A stretch of 64,000 bases of DNA from Clostridiales bacterium. Its GTDB lineage: Bacteria; Bacillota; Clostridia; Christensenellales; Aristaeellaceae. This document shows positions 36,353 through 45,638 of this stretch, in pieces. A program made the translations under genes and the position numbers. Under the pieces are notes generated by a model. That model was given only the letters and a program-made list of their open reading frames with translations, was not told where the DNA came from and searched no databases. Where the stretch lies: positions 31,561 to 95,560 of the forward strand of contig SFET01000007.1 in assembly GCA_004557125.1 (NCBI GenBank), in the 5' to 3' direction. How positions within the stretch are numbered: position 1 is the first letter of the stretch; each line of letters opens with the position of its first letter.

Positions 36353-37578
36353 TGGTCTCCCTTTCCGATGGGTTCCAGCTTGGATATGATGTATTCGGCC
36401 ACGGACTGCGCCGCGTGGCCGGTCTCCGCCTCGCCGTAGAAGCGCAGGATCGCGTCGCAGTTCTCCCGGGCGCGCTCCGGCGTGGTGGCGCGAATCAGCG
36501 CGTCCATTTCCTCCGGCGTGGCGGCCACCCAGTAGGGGGAGTCCTTCATGTCGAAGTACAGCGCGCGGTTGTTGGTCTGGTAGTCCTCCAGATCGTCCTG
36601 ATACAGCCAGATGGGCCTGCGGGTCAGGGCGAAGTCCCCGGCGCAGGAGGAGTAGTCCGTGATCAGCGCATCGGAGATCTTGAGCAGCTCCGCCATTTCA
36701 GGGTGGGCGCTGGCGGCGATCAAGCGTCCGCTGCCGTCGTCGAAGGGGATGCCCCGAGTCATGTAGTGGGCGCGCACCAGGCACTGCCACTTCTCGCCGG
36801 TGGTCTCCTCCAGCACGTCAAGGACATGATTCAGATCCAGCCGCACCTTCTGCACCTCGTGGTTCTTCTGCTCGGTGTCGCGGAAGGTGGGGGCGTAGAG
36901 CAGGAGCTTTACATCCTGGGAAAGGCCCAGCTTCTCCCGGATCGCCTGTCCCTCGGCGGGGTCGTCCCGGAGCAGAATGTCGTTTCTCGGATAGCCCACC
37001 TTCAACAGCTCGCCCTTGTAGTGGAAGGCCGAGCGGAACTGCATGTCGCCGTAGTCGGAGCCGGTCACGCCCAGCGTGCACTTCTCCTCCAGCATGCGGT
37101 TGAAGCGGGTGTACTGGTGGGGGTTGTCGTAGCCCACCTTCTTGAAGGCGCGGTCGCCGTGCCAGGTCTGGATGTAGATCTGGCCCCCGGCAGGAAACTT
37201 TAAGTAGAAGCGCTTGTTGAAGTTGTCCACCGTGACCCGGGCGCAGGCCTGGGCCTCCACGCCGTCGCGGTCGATGGAGTTCAGCGCGCGCACGTAGGGC
37301 GGGATATCGAACTTCTTCCTCGCAGCCGCGCTGTCCCGGAACAGCCACACGATGTCGGTCTCCGGGCGCAGCTCGTGCAGCTTCTCGGAAATGTAGCGGG
37401 GGTTGTCGTTGTAGGAGCGGAAGTCGAAGGAGCTGAACACCACCAGGTTGCCGTCGATGCCTCGTTTGCGGCGGGCGCGGGCCATGATGTGGTTGCGGTA
37501 GGTGCCGAACAGGGGCGCGACGAACAGGTAGAACATCCGGTTCTGCTTGAAGTAGCCCTTGATTGCCTCAAATCCCAT
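36349..37578 (-). CDS. CDP-glycerol glycerophosphotransferase (TagB/TagF) family protein
   Basis: ..YIQTWHG.., ..LLYAPTFRD.., ..LITDYSS.. are family blocks. Confidence 0.8.
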   Translation of the reverse strand: MGFEAIKGYFKQNRMFYLFVAPLFGTYRNHIMARARRKRGIDGNLVVFSSFDFRSYNDNPRYISEKLHELRPETDIVWLFRDSAAARKKFDIPPYVRALNSIDRDGVEAQACARVTVDNFNKRFYLKFPAGGQIYIQTWHGDRAFKKVGYDNPHQYTRFNRMLEEKCTLGVTGSDYGDMQFRSAFHYKGELLKVGYPRNDILLRDDPAEGQAIREKLGLSQDVKLLLYAPTFRDTEQKNHEVQKVRLDLNHVLDVLEETTGEKWQCLVRAHYMTRGIPFDDGSGRLIAASAHPEMAELLKISDALITDYSSCAGDFALTRRPIWLYQDDLEDYQTNNRALYFDMKDSPYWVAATPEEMDALIRATTPERARENCDAILRFYGEAETGHAAQSVAEYIISKLEPIGKGDQ

Positions 37579-37610
37579 GTGATGAAACGCCTCGCTGTCG
37601 GTTTTTCTTC

Positions 37611-37639
37611 AGTATAACATTCCGCGCGGAGCTTGTCAA
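37611..37639 (-). promoter_or_regulatory. Consensus sigma-A promoter for the tagF-like operon
   Basis: Minus strand reads TTGACA-N17-TATACT (37639-37634 and 37616-37611), immediately after the divIC-like stop. Confidence 0.55.
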
Positions 37640-37981
37640 TCAGCGGGCCACATAGCGAATTTCGCCGGGGTAGAGCAGGTTCAATTCCTCCCGGGCGATC
37701 CGCTCGGTATAGGCGTCGGTCTGGACCTCCGCAAGGCGATCGTTGAGCGCCGCCACGCGCTGTGCGGCCGCGTCGCGCGCGCGCTCCACCTCCGCTAGAT
37801 GGGCGCAGCAGCGGCGGTACTTCAGCTCCGACGCACCTGCGCACGCGCCGAAGATCAGCGCCAGCAGCAGGATCACGAAGCGCCAGAAGCGGGGCAGAAT
37901 GCGGATGTGGCGCGGGCGCACGATCGGGCTTTCGCGCAGCTGTGCAGCCCGGGTATGGCGTGGGATGCGGATACGGCGCAT
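37640..37981 (-). CDS. divIC: Septum formation initiator (FtsB/DivIC) family protein
   Basis: Single TM plus coiled coil. C-terminal ..YTERIAREELNLLYPGEIRYV.. is typical. Follows yabP-yabQ as in endospore formers. Confidence 0.75.
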   Translation of the reverse strand: MRRIRIPRHTRAAQLRESPIVRPRHIRILPRFWRFVILLLALIFGACAGASELKYRRCCAHLAEVERARDAAAQRVAALNDRLAEVQTDAYTERIAREELNLLYPGEIRYVAR

Positions 37982-37993
37982 GGATGTTCCTTT

Positions 37994-38362
37994 CTACTTG
38001 AAGATGATTTGCAGTACGCGGATCCTTCGCAGGCGGGCAGAGGCGGCCCTGTACAGGCGCGAAAGCCACCGGCCCAGAGATCGCAGCGGCGCCGCCATGG
38101 CAAACAGAAACAGAAGCGCCCCGCAGGCAGCGCCCAGCAGCTCGAAGGGCCGCAGCGCGCCGTAGTTGCCCGCGATCAGGAAGGCGCACAGGATCACCGC
38201 GCAGCCCACGCCGAAGAGCAGGTCGCAGGCCAGCGTCAGCCAGAAGCCCGCCTGAATCAGCCGCCGCAGCCCCAGCGTGAGGCCGTACCACGCGCCGATC
38301 AGCACCCCTGCGACCATCATCCACAGAAACAGCAGGCCCTGTTGGATCGTGGAAAACAGCAT
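37994..38362 (-). CDS. yabQ: Spore cortex biosynthesis protein YabQ
   Basis: 122-aa polytopic protein (MLFSTIQQGLLFLWMMVAGVLIG..). It lies between yabP and divIC. Confidence 0.7.
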   Translation of the reverse strand: MLFSTIQQGLLFLWMMVAGVLIGAWYGLTLGLRRLIQAGFWLTLACDLLFGVGCAVILCAFLIAGNYGALRPFELLGAACGALLFLFAMAAPLRSLGRWLSRLYRAASARLRRIRVLQIIFK

Positions 38363-38364
38363 CT

Positions 38365-38640
38365 CTAGCGCAGGATGCGGCCCAGGAAGCTGCCCTTGGC
38401 GGCGCGGGTCTTGCCGGAGTATTCGATGGCGTCGAACTCGCCGTCCACCACCAGCCGGCCCTCCTCCTGATTCAGATGGGAGATGTTCAGGCCGCTGCCG
38501 CTGATGGTCATGGTGCCCAGCGTGGTACTCAGCACCACCACCTGTTCGTTGAAGCAATCCACATCGGTCACTCCGGTGATCTCCGCGTGGCTGCGGTTGA
38601 TCAGCGTGAGGCCGTGATTTCCCTGTTCGCCCGCCTGCAT
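38365..38640 (-). CDS. yabP: Sporulation protein YabP
   Basis: GGGGAGGGAG lies 5 nt before the ATG at 38640. ..HGLTLINRSHAEITGVTDVDCFNEQVVVLSTTLGTMTISGSGLNISHLNQEEGRLVVDG.. is the YabP signature. Confidence 0.85.
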   Translation of the reverse strand: MQAGEQGNHGLTLINRSHAEITGVTDVDCFNEQVVVLSTTLGTMTISGSGLNISHLNQEEGRLVVDGEFDAIEYSGKTRAAKGSFLGRILR

Positions 38641-38747
38641 GGCGCTCCCTCCCCGTTCCATACTGCTGCATTGTATGCGGGGGATGCGCCGGACTATGCA
38701 GGGAGCGGGAATCATGGTATAATTGAAGGAACGGAAGGAGGCAGGGT

Positions 38748-39608
38748 ATGCGGTACTTTACGCGGGAGTGGTACGATGGCATTCAGGAGGACGCGATGAT
38801 TTCCGCGGTGCGCGGAGACCATCGCGCGGCGGCGTTCTCGGAGGCGTTCTTCCAGAGCCTGTATGCCCAGAAGCAGCGGGAGTGGCTGGCATCTGCACAG
38901 GAAATGGTAATGGAAACCTTCGGTGAGGAGTGGCCGGAGGAATTTCAGGCATCGCCGGAAATGTACAGAAGTCCGAAGGCGTACAAGAAGGCGCGACAGG
39001 AATATCTGCGGGTTCGCAATGAGGTGCTGAAAGGAATTCAGAAGGATGTCAACGAGGCGACGCTGAAGGCGGGGTTTGCGGACTGGTATCAGGATGAACT
39101 GCATCACATAAGGGAGGATTATCCGAAGGAGATTCTGGACGGGGTCGCGGACGTGCGGGTTCTGGCGCTGGGCGTGGCCTCGCCGGAGATCAAGAAGCGG
39201 ATTGACAGATTTGTCCAGGAGATGGAGGAGCGGAATCAGGCTCCGTTTCGCAGCTATGCCCGCCATAAAAAGGAGCTGCTGAGAAAATACCCCGGCTCCT
39301 TCATTGAGGCGTTTGGCTTTCACGATGCCGTCGTCGAGCGGATGGAGCAGCGCGGACGGGAGCTGGTTCTCGACCTGATGCGCGATTACGAGGATGCGGA
39401 ACGGGTTCGCCTGCGCTTCCTCGACTGCGAGATCGTGCGCATGGACGGGGGTCTGGAGGGCGCGGACTGGCTCTATGAGGAAATTTATGAGGGTGCGTCC
39501 GGCGGCTGGGAGATTCATGTGCTGTTCTTCGACTGCGATGCTTGCGAGGACGATCCCCTGGGAGAGCTGATCCTGCGCGCGGCGGACGTCGTCATCGAAT
39601 CGGAATGA
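38748..39608 (+). CDS. Hypothetical protein (N-terminus MRYFTREWYDG resembles DUF4085, from memory)
   Basis: 286-aa ORF with an RBS. Codon third positions are visibly less G/C-biased than in neighbours. Confidence 0.55.
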   Translation: MRYFTREWYDGIQEDAMISAVRGDHRAAAFSEAFFQSLYAQKQREWLASAQEMVMETFGEEWPEEFQASPEMYRSPKAYKKARQEYLRVRNEVLKGIQKDVNEATLKAGFADWYQDELHHIREDYPKEILDGVADVRVLALGVASPEIKKRIDRFVQEMEERNQAPFRSYARHKKELLRKYPGSFIEAFGFHDAVVERMEQRGRELVLDLMRDYEDAERVRLRFLDCEIVRMDGGLEGADWLYEEIYEGASGGWEIHVLFFDCDACEDDPLGELILRAADVVIESE

Positions 39609-39612
39609 AAAA

Positions 39613-39636
39613 ATCCCGGTGCATTTGCACCGGGAT
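39613..39636. terminator. Bidirectional terminator between convergent genes
   Basis: atcccggtgca/tgcaccgggat hairpin, with an A-run upstream and tttt downstream. Confidence 0.75.
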
Positions 39637-39652
39637 CATCTTTTGGATCGTC

Positions 39653-40921
39653 TTACTTCCGCATGGCCTGGCCGAACTGGGAGAAGGCGGCGATGCGGTC
39701 GTTGAGCTCGGGCCACTTCTCGATGCTCTTGGCGGAGAAGAAGCCGTCGTCGGGATTTTCGGTGGCGCGCCACTCGTGGGCGATCAGCGCCCAGGTCGCG
39801 TCGTAGAGGTTGTTGAACTCCGGATCGCGCTGGGCCTCGCAGACGAAGCTCTGGCGGGGCTGGTTGATGTCCTCGCCACTGATCTGGAAGAGCTTGTACT
39901 TCTCGCACAGCGCGCGCAGGCGGTGCAGCTGGGCCTTGGTGTTGCGGCTGGGCATGTAGGTGATGGCCTTGTAGCCGAGCTTGGCTACGTACTCCACCAG
40001 CTCGTCCAGGAAGTCGTCCTCGAACTTCTGGGCGCGCTTGTCGCCGGTCACGCTGTCGCCGACGTCGCCCAGGTAGGCGTAGGCCGAGATCGCGCCCACG
40101 CGGTCGGACAGCGCCAGCACGTCGCGCACGTCGGGGCACTCGTCGGTGGCGTCGATGTAGAACTTGGAGATCAGCTGGCTCTTGATCCAGCCCAGCAGGT
40201 CGTACATCATGTGGGGGTTGCTCTCGTCGGTGAGGTAGCCCTCGATCTTGCCGGACAGGGGAAGCTGCAGTTCCTCATGGATGAACTTCACCAGCTTGTC
40301 GCCCCTGCCGATGACCTCCAGCATCTTGTAGGCCAGGGCGCTGGAGAGGTGGCGCTCGGTGACGGAGCCGCCCTTGGCGAAGTTGGACAGCGGCAGCACG
40401 TCCTTCTCAAAGTCGATGGTCACGCCGTACTTGCCCATCATCTCGTTGATGGCGGCGACCATCTTCCTGTTGCGCTCGTTGCGCTTGGCGCGGTAGGGTG
40501 CGAAGAAGGCGTTGATCTCGGCGGCCTTGTTGTGGGGCACGCCGTGCAGGGCCATGTAGACCACGCCCTTCTGGTCGGGGTTGTTGAGCTTCCTGTCGGC
40601 AAAGGGGGTGTTTGCGAAGCTCACGCGGCACTCGATGCCGATGGTGGCGCTCATGTGGGCGGCCTCGGCGGCGGCGAGGAACTCCTCCGCGCCGGCGATG
40701 GAGTCGTGGTCCATCAGGCCGCAGGTGCACAGGCCCGCCGCGCGGGCAAACCACACCGCTGCGGTGGGGGAGTAGGGCGAGAAGGAGTAGGTGGTGTGAA
40801 TGTGGTTGTTCACATCCCGGCCGGTCTCCGGCTGGGGCTCGGTCTTGATCAGTTCCTTGAGGTTCTCCAGCCCTTCGGGGCAGTTGAGCAGCTTGAGCAG
40901 CTCTTCGCGGGTCTTTGCCAT
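39653..40921 (-). CDS. PHP (polymerase/histidinol phosphatase) domain metal-dependent phosphoesterase
   Basis: ..NNHIHTTYSFSPYSP.., ..GLMDHDSIAG.. are metal-ligand blocks. Confidence 0.75.
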   Translation of the reverse strand: MAKTREELLKLLNCPEGLENLKELIKTEPQPETGRDVNNHIHTTYSFSPYSPTAAVWFARAAGLCTCGLMDHDSIAGAEEFLAAAEAAHMSATIGIECRVSFANTPFADRKLNNPDQKGVVYMALHGVPHNKAAEINAFFAPYRAKRNERNRKMVAAINEMMGKYGVTIDFEKDVLPLSNFAKGGSVTERHLSSALAYKMLEVIGRGDKLVKFIHEELQLPLSGKIEGYLTDESNPHMMYDLLGWIKSQLISKFYIDATDECPDVRDVLALSDRVGAISAYAYLGDVGDSVTGDKRAQKFEDDFLDELVEYVAKLGYKAITYMPSRNTKAQLHRLRALCEKYKLFQISGEDINQPRQSFVCEAQRDPEFNNLYDATWALIAHEWRATENPDDGFFSAKSIEKWPELNDRIAAFSQFGQAMRK

Positions 40922-40991
40922 GGTGCTTCATCCTTTCGGGAAAATTTACTGGAATGTACTGTTTGTATTTTACCATGCGGCAGTCGGTGTT

Positions 40992-42179
40992 TCAAGTGCC
41001 TTTGCGCCTTGAGAAGCGCCTTTTTATCCACCGGGCGCAGGGCTTTTCCACCAGATAGGTGATCGCCACCGCCGTCAGCAGCGCTGCCGCCCAGCAGCAC
41101 AGGGTGTAGTTGTTCTGCCAGGGCTGAAGTCCCGCCCGATTGGGGTTTTCGCCCTCGTAATAAGGGATGCGCCACTTCTTCAGCTGCACCGCCAGCACCT
41201 GGTGCCAGATGTAGAAGTTGAAGCTGATGCCGGAGAGAAAGCGGATGACGCGGTTGGTAAGCAGCGCGCGCATCAGGCAGATTGAGCGGCTGCCGCAGAT
41301 CAGGAAGATGCCGCCCAGCAGCGACAGCGGGTAGCGCCACAGCATCTGCCCCAGCCGCACGTTTTCCCCGCCGCTGCGGCCCAGCTGGAGGCGCAGAATG
41401 TGATACACGCCCACCGCCGCGGCGAGGGTGAGCGCAGTGCTCAGCCAGGCGCGCCAGGCACTGCGGGGCGACCTGCAGAGCCTGCGGTAGATCCAGGCGG
41501 CCAGCATGCCGTTGGCGTACACATCCAGCATGGCGGGCAGGCAGTTGACGTAAATCGTGGTATCCGAAACGAAGGTGGCGATCAGGCCGCGGCAGAACAG
41601 CCCCAGCGCCGCCATGGCGCAGTAGGTGCAGCCGGGTCGCCGCTCGAAGGCGCGGGCCAGCAGCGGGAAGATCAGGTAGAACTGCACCTCCACCGCCATG
41701 GTCCACAGCGCGCCGTTGAGTTTGGTGAAGCTGTAGGACGAGGGAAAGAGGTTGTGGGTGAACGTGAGGTGGGAGAGGACGTCGGTCCACATTTCCCGCG
41801 CGCTCCCGTAGCCGCCGCCGGGCGCCAGCAGCGCCAGTGCCAGCATCACCGCCATGCACAGCCAGTAGCTGGGCAGGATGCGCGCGGCGCGCGCCGCATA
41901 GAAGTCGCGCAGGTCGCGTCCACGGCCGCTCAAAAAGCTCAGCATCAGCAGAGAGCCGCTGAGCAGCAGCATCAGATCCACAAACATGTAGCCGCAGGCC
42001 ACCGCGGGATACAGGCGGAAGCTGCGCCCGAACAGCTGCAGATCCGGATTCAGCCAGGACTGCTGCCAGATGTGGTACCAGCCGATCATGCCCACGCAGA
42101 TCACGCGCAGGAAATCGCCGGCGTCGGCGTAGGTGGAGTTGGATTTGCCGGGCAGAAACAGGGATTTGAGTCGTTTCAT
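40992..42179 (-). CDS. Acyltransferase family 3 (OafA-like) membrane protein
   Basis: GGAGGAAAG RBS before the ATG at 42179. ..FLRVICVGMIGWYHIWQQSW.. and about 10 TM helices. The 799-aa track ORF is over-extended into the upstream gene. Confidence 0.8.
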   Translation of the reverse strand: MKRLKSLFLPGKSNSTYADAGDFLRVICVGMIGWYHIWQQSWLNPDLQLFGRSFRLYPAVACGYMFVDLMLLLSGSLLMLSFLSGRGRDLRDFYAARAARILPSYWLCMAVMLALALLAPGGGYGSAREMWTDVLSHLTFTHNLFPSSYSFTKLNGALWTMAVEVQFYLIFPLLARAFERRPGCTYCAMAALGLFCRGLIATFVSDTTIYVNCLPAMLDVYANGMLAAWIYRRLCRSPRSAWRAWLSTALTLAAAVGVYHILRLQLGRSGGENVRLGQMLWRYPLSLLGGIFLICGSRSICLMRALLTNRVIRFLSGISFNFYIWHQVLAVQLKKWRIPYYEGENPNRAGLQPWQNNYTLCCWAAALLTAVAITYLVEKPCARWIKRRFSRRKGT

Positions 42180-42193
42180 CGCTTTCCTCCGGG

Positions 42194-43411
42194 TCATACG
42201 TGAACGGCGATGCCGCCCAGCAGGTTGAAGGCCAGTCCGAGGCCCAACAGTGCGCTCTCCCAGCGGGTCAGGGCGCGGCGATCGGGGCTGATCAGCAGCC
42301 AGACAAGGCTCAGCGGCACCAGCTCCAGCGCGTAGCGCAGGCCGAACTGCAGGCCGCCCAGCGTGCGGTGCGCCAGCAGCAGCACCACGTTCAGCGCACC
42401 CATTGCAAGGATCGTCCACTTGGTGCGATTCATGCGGCGCAGGCACAGATCCTTGCACAGCCACACCAGGTTGCAGAGCAGGATCGGACAGCTGAGAAAC
42501 ATGGAGAAGCCGAACTGCTCGAAGATCAGGCCCCCCTCCGTCAGGTGGAAGGGCGCGCCGAAGAACAGCGTGCGCCAGTTGTCGGCGATGTACGACAGGG
42601 AGAACTGGCCCTGTTCGCTGCGGATGAACTCGGGCAGATAGTTGTGGCCGAACTCGAAGATGTTGCCGAAGCGTGCGTAGTTGTAGGCTCCGTAGCAGGC
42701 CGCCACGCCCAGACCCAGCACCAGACCGGGCAGCAGGCGCTTCAGCCACCGCCGGGGACGCAGATGCATGCGCCGCGCATCCTCCAGATACAGCATCAGC
42801 AGCACCGGGCCCAGACAGGCGGTGAAGGGTCGGCAGCCCACCGACAGCGCGTAGCACAGACAGGACAGCGTGGGATGCCGACGGCGCATGGCCACGATGG
42901 CGGAGACGGAGAAGAGAAACGCCAGGATCTGCGCCTCGTACCACACGCCGCCCACCAGCGCCACCGGAAGCATGGCGCCGGCCAGGCAGATCAGCAGCGC
43001 CCAGAACACGCAGTCGGTGTTCTTCATGCGCCCGGTGCGCAGCAGCTCCGAGAGGATCACCAGCGCAGCAATGGCCACGTAGAGCTTCTGAAACAGCCCG
43101 TCGGGCACGTTGTCGCCGAAGAGCAGCGCATAGAGCACCATTGGTATGGAGGGCACCGGCGGAAAGCTGACGTAGTAGTTGCCGTTGTAGACGGCCAGCT
43201 CCAGATATTCGTAGTTCTGATCCAGCTGCGCCTCGCCCCGCAACCAGGCCTGGGCCTGCAGAAGGTAGCTGGGGTAGGGGTAGGCGCAGGGATCCACGCC
43301 TGCGCCGATGCACATCGCGGCGAAGATCAGAACGATCAGCGCCAGCAGCAAAAGCGCGCAGCGCACGGAGCCGCGCCGGCCGGAAAAGCATGGATCGGAG
43401 ATTCTTTGCAT
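42194..43411 (-). CDS. Polytopic GT-C-like membrane glycosyltransferase (GT39/ArnT-like)
   Basis: About 11 TM helices. An N-terminal extracytoplasmic loop follows TM1 (..YPYPSYLLQAQAWLRGEAQLD..YYVSFPPVPS..). Family call is tentative. Confidence 0.5.
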   Translation of the reverse strand: MQRISDPCFSGRRGSVRCALLLLALIVLIFAAMCIGAGVDPCAYPYPSYLLQAQAWLRGEAQLDQNYEYLELAVYNGNYYVSFPPVPSIPMVLYALLFGDNVPDGLFQKLYVAIAALVILSELLRTGRMKNTDCVFWALLICLAGAMLPVALVGGVWYEAQILAFLFSVSAIVAMRRRHPTLSCLCYALSVGCRPFTACLGPVLLMLYLEDARRMHLRPRRWLKRLLPGLVLGLGVAACYGAYNYARFGNIFEFGHNYLPEFIRSEQGQFSLSYIADNWRTLFFGAPFHLTEGGLIFEQFGFSMFLSCPILLCNLVWLCKDLCLRRMNRTKWTILAMGALNVVLLLAHRTLGGLQFGLRYALELVPLSLVWLLISPDRRALTRWESALLGLGLAFNLLGGIAVHV

Positions 43412-43548
43412 GGTCTGACTTCCGCTTTCTCAGGGATTTCTTCGCTTCCTATTGTAAAACATCCGGGGAAAAATGTAAAGCGGATCGGATTTTTGCGACA
43501 TTGCTGTGAAAAATTGGAAAAGCAAAATTCGATTTCACATGGATTTAC

Positions 43549-43577
43549 TTGACATGATCCGGAGAAAAAAGTATAAT
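43549..43577 (+). promoter_or_regulatory. Consensus sigma-A promoter of the rpmH operon
   Basis: TTGACA (43549-43554), 17-nt spacer, TATAAT (43572-43577). Confidence 0.65.
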
Positions 43578-43656
43578 AATAAGGCTGTATGTTTGGGAAG
43601 TTTTACTCAAACAGAGTAAATGCCTCATATGATTACGATTGAAGGAGTTGTTCACA

Positions 43657-43791
43657 ATGTTCCGTACTTACCAGCCCAAGAAGCGCCAGCGTTCCAAGGT
43701 TCACGGCTTCCGTGCCCGCATGAAGACCAAGGCAGGTCGCAACGTTCTCAAGGCCCGTCGCGCACGCGGCCGCAAGGTCCTGACCGTCTGA
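43657..43791 (+). CDS. rpmH: 50S ribosomal protein L34
   Basis: Not in the ORF track (44 aa). Translated by eye: [54 protein letters not shown] upstream. Confidence 0.95.
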   Translation: MFRTYQPKKRQRSKVHGFRARMKTKAGRNVLKARRARGRKVLTV

Positions 43792-43805
43792 TTTCGGAAT
43801 CGGAC

Positions 43806-44180
43806 ATGGAGGGGCAGGAGAAGCATGCGCGCGCACCCCAGGGGTTCGCGCGCAAATACAGACTCGGCGATAACAAAAACTATCGCTATGTCTATCGGAG
43901 AGGCAAATCATACCCCTCGCGGAATCTCGTGTTGATCTACCTGAAGGGTCGGGAGCAGAAGTTCGGCTTCTCGATCTCCTCCAAGGTGGGCAACGCAGTC
44001 ACGCGCAACCGCATCCGGCGGTGCATGCGTGAGGATGTGCGCAGAATGCGCACGCGACTCAAATGCGGAAAGTACATCTTCATTGCGCGTCCGGCGCTGA
44101 AATCGGTTCCGCATGCCGAGCTGACCCGGGAAATGCAGGCCCTGCTGTCCCGCGCCAGACTCATCAAAGAGGATATGTAA
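43806..44180 (+). CDS. rnpA: Ribonuclease P protein component
   Basis: ..YRYVYRRGKSYPSRNLVLIYL...FGFSISSKVGNAVTRNRIRRCMRE... It follows rpmH. The exact start is uncertain. Confidence 0.85.
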   Translation: MEGQEKHARAPQGFARKYRLGDNKNYRYVYRRGKSYPSRNLVLIYLKGREQKFGFSISSKVGNAVTRNRIRRCMREDVRRMRTRLKCGKYIFIARPALKSVPHAELTREMQALLSRARLIKEDM

Positions 44181-44411
44181 ATGCGGTGGATCAAGTCGCT
44201 GCCCAAGCGCATACTGCTTTGGCTGATCACGTTTTATCGCGTGGGCATATCGCCGTTGCATCGGCCGTGCTGCAGGTACATTCCGACCTGCTCGCAGTAT
44301 GCAATGGAGGCAATTCAGAAATACGGCGCAATCAAGGGCGGGTATCTGGCGGTGCGCCGGATCCTGCGCTGTAATCCGTTCAGCAAGGGCGGATATGACC
44401 CTGTTCCCTGA
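44181..44411 (+). CDS. yidD: Membrane protein insertion efficiency factor YidD
   Basis: ..[61 protein letters not shown]. Confidence 0.92.
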   Translation: MRWIKSLPKRILLWLITFYRVGISPLHRPCCRYIPTCSQYAMEAIQKYGAIKGGYLAVRRILRCNPFSKGGYDPVP

Positions 44412-44603
44412 CCGCATGAAGGCTGCGGGCAGCTGTCGCCGAGACTGCGCCCGCATTGGGGCGTGGAACCGAATGGAGACGGGCGTCGTCCCGAGGCTCC
44501 CCCGGGGAGGAGAATGTCCCGCTGATCTGGGCGCCGGGCATTCTTTTGATGTGCCGGAGCCGCGGTCGCTGCAAGGACAATTCAATTCCGTGGAGGATAT
44601 TCA

Positions 44604-45602
44604 ATGAGCGGACTTTTTCAAAGCATCCTGGAATGGATTTACAGATGGGTCGGCAACTACGGCTGGTCCGTCGTTGTGTTCACGCTGCTCATTCGCATGA
44701 TCATGCTGCCCCTTGACATCAAGAGCAAGAAGAGCATGCGGGCAATGAACAAGATTCAGCCGAAGGTCGCCCTGCTGCAAAAGAAATATGCAAACGACAA
44801 GGACAAGCTGAACCAGAAGCTCAACGAGCTCTACCGCAAGGAGCACGTCAGCCCCATGGCCAGCTGTCTGCCGATGCTGATTACGCTGCCCATCCTCTGG
44901 TTCATGTTCGCAGCCATGCGCAACATGGCCAACGAGCACACCATCCAGATGATTCTCAACATCGCCGAGACCGGCGAGGTGCCCGCCATGCAGAGCTGGC
45001 TGTGGATCAAGAACGTCTTCCAGCCGGATTCCTTCATGGCCACCATCCTGCCCAAGGTGAGCGACGCGCTCAAGACCATCGTGCCGGTGAGCGGCTCCTC
45101 GATCCTGACGGAGGCCAACATCACCGCTGCGCGGGAATTCCTGGCAACGGAGCAGTACGCCGCCATCGCAGCCCAGTACGGCGCCAACGCGTTTACCACG
45201 ATTCCCCTGAATCTGGTGTTCTTCAAGCCCGTGCTCACCCTGCCCACGTCCTTTGCAAACCTGTTCCAGTATGCCAACGGCCTGTTCATCCTGCCGGTGT
45301 TGGCGGCGGTCAGCCAGTTCCTGATGACCAAGTTCACCAACGGCAACAACATCAAGAAGAGCGAGGACATCCCCGAGGAACAGCAGGCTGCGGCAAACGC
45401 CATGAACAGCGGCTTCATGAAGTGGTTCTTCCCGCTGTTCTCCCTGTGGATCTGTGCCGGCTACAACGCGGCTTTCGCCATCTACTGGATGGCCGCCAAC
45501 GTGATCCAGGTGGTGCAGCAGATCATCGTGAACTGGTACTTTGATCGCCAGGATCGCAAGGCCGCCCTGGAAGAGGAAGGCGCGGACGCAAGCATCAAGT
45601 AA
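44604..45602 (+). CDS. yidC: YidC/Oxa1-family membrane insertase
   Basis: ..GWSVVVFTLLIRMIMLPLDIKSKKSMRAMNKIQPK...LQKKY..DK.KL..ELYRKE.VSPM..CLPMLITLPI... Confidence 0.9.
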   Translation: MSGLFQSILEWIYRWVGNYGWSVVVFTLLIRMIMLPLDIKSKKSMRAMNKIQPKVALLQKKYANDKDKLNQKLNELYRKEHVSPMASCLPMLITLPILWFMFAAMRNMANEHTIQMILNIAETGEVPAMQSWLWIKNVFQPDSFMATILPKVSDALKTIVPVSGSSILTEANITAAREFLATEQYAAIAAQYGANAFTTIPLNLVFFKPVLTLPTSFANLFQYANGLFILPVLAAVSQFLMTKFTNGNNIKKSEDIPEEQQAAANAMNSGFMKWFFPLFSLWICAGYNAAFAIYWMAANVIQVVQQIIVNWYFDRQDRKAALEEEGADASIK

Positions 45603-45638
45603 GGTTCTTTTGAGTAGTAGATAAGGAGGCATCCTGCC

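Noticed and set aside
43412-43656. oriC/DnaA-box cluster upstream of rpmH
   Set aside because: No TTATCCACA/TGTGGATAA-like 9-mers were found by eye. The region is explained by a consensus promoter and leader.
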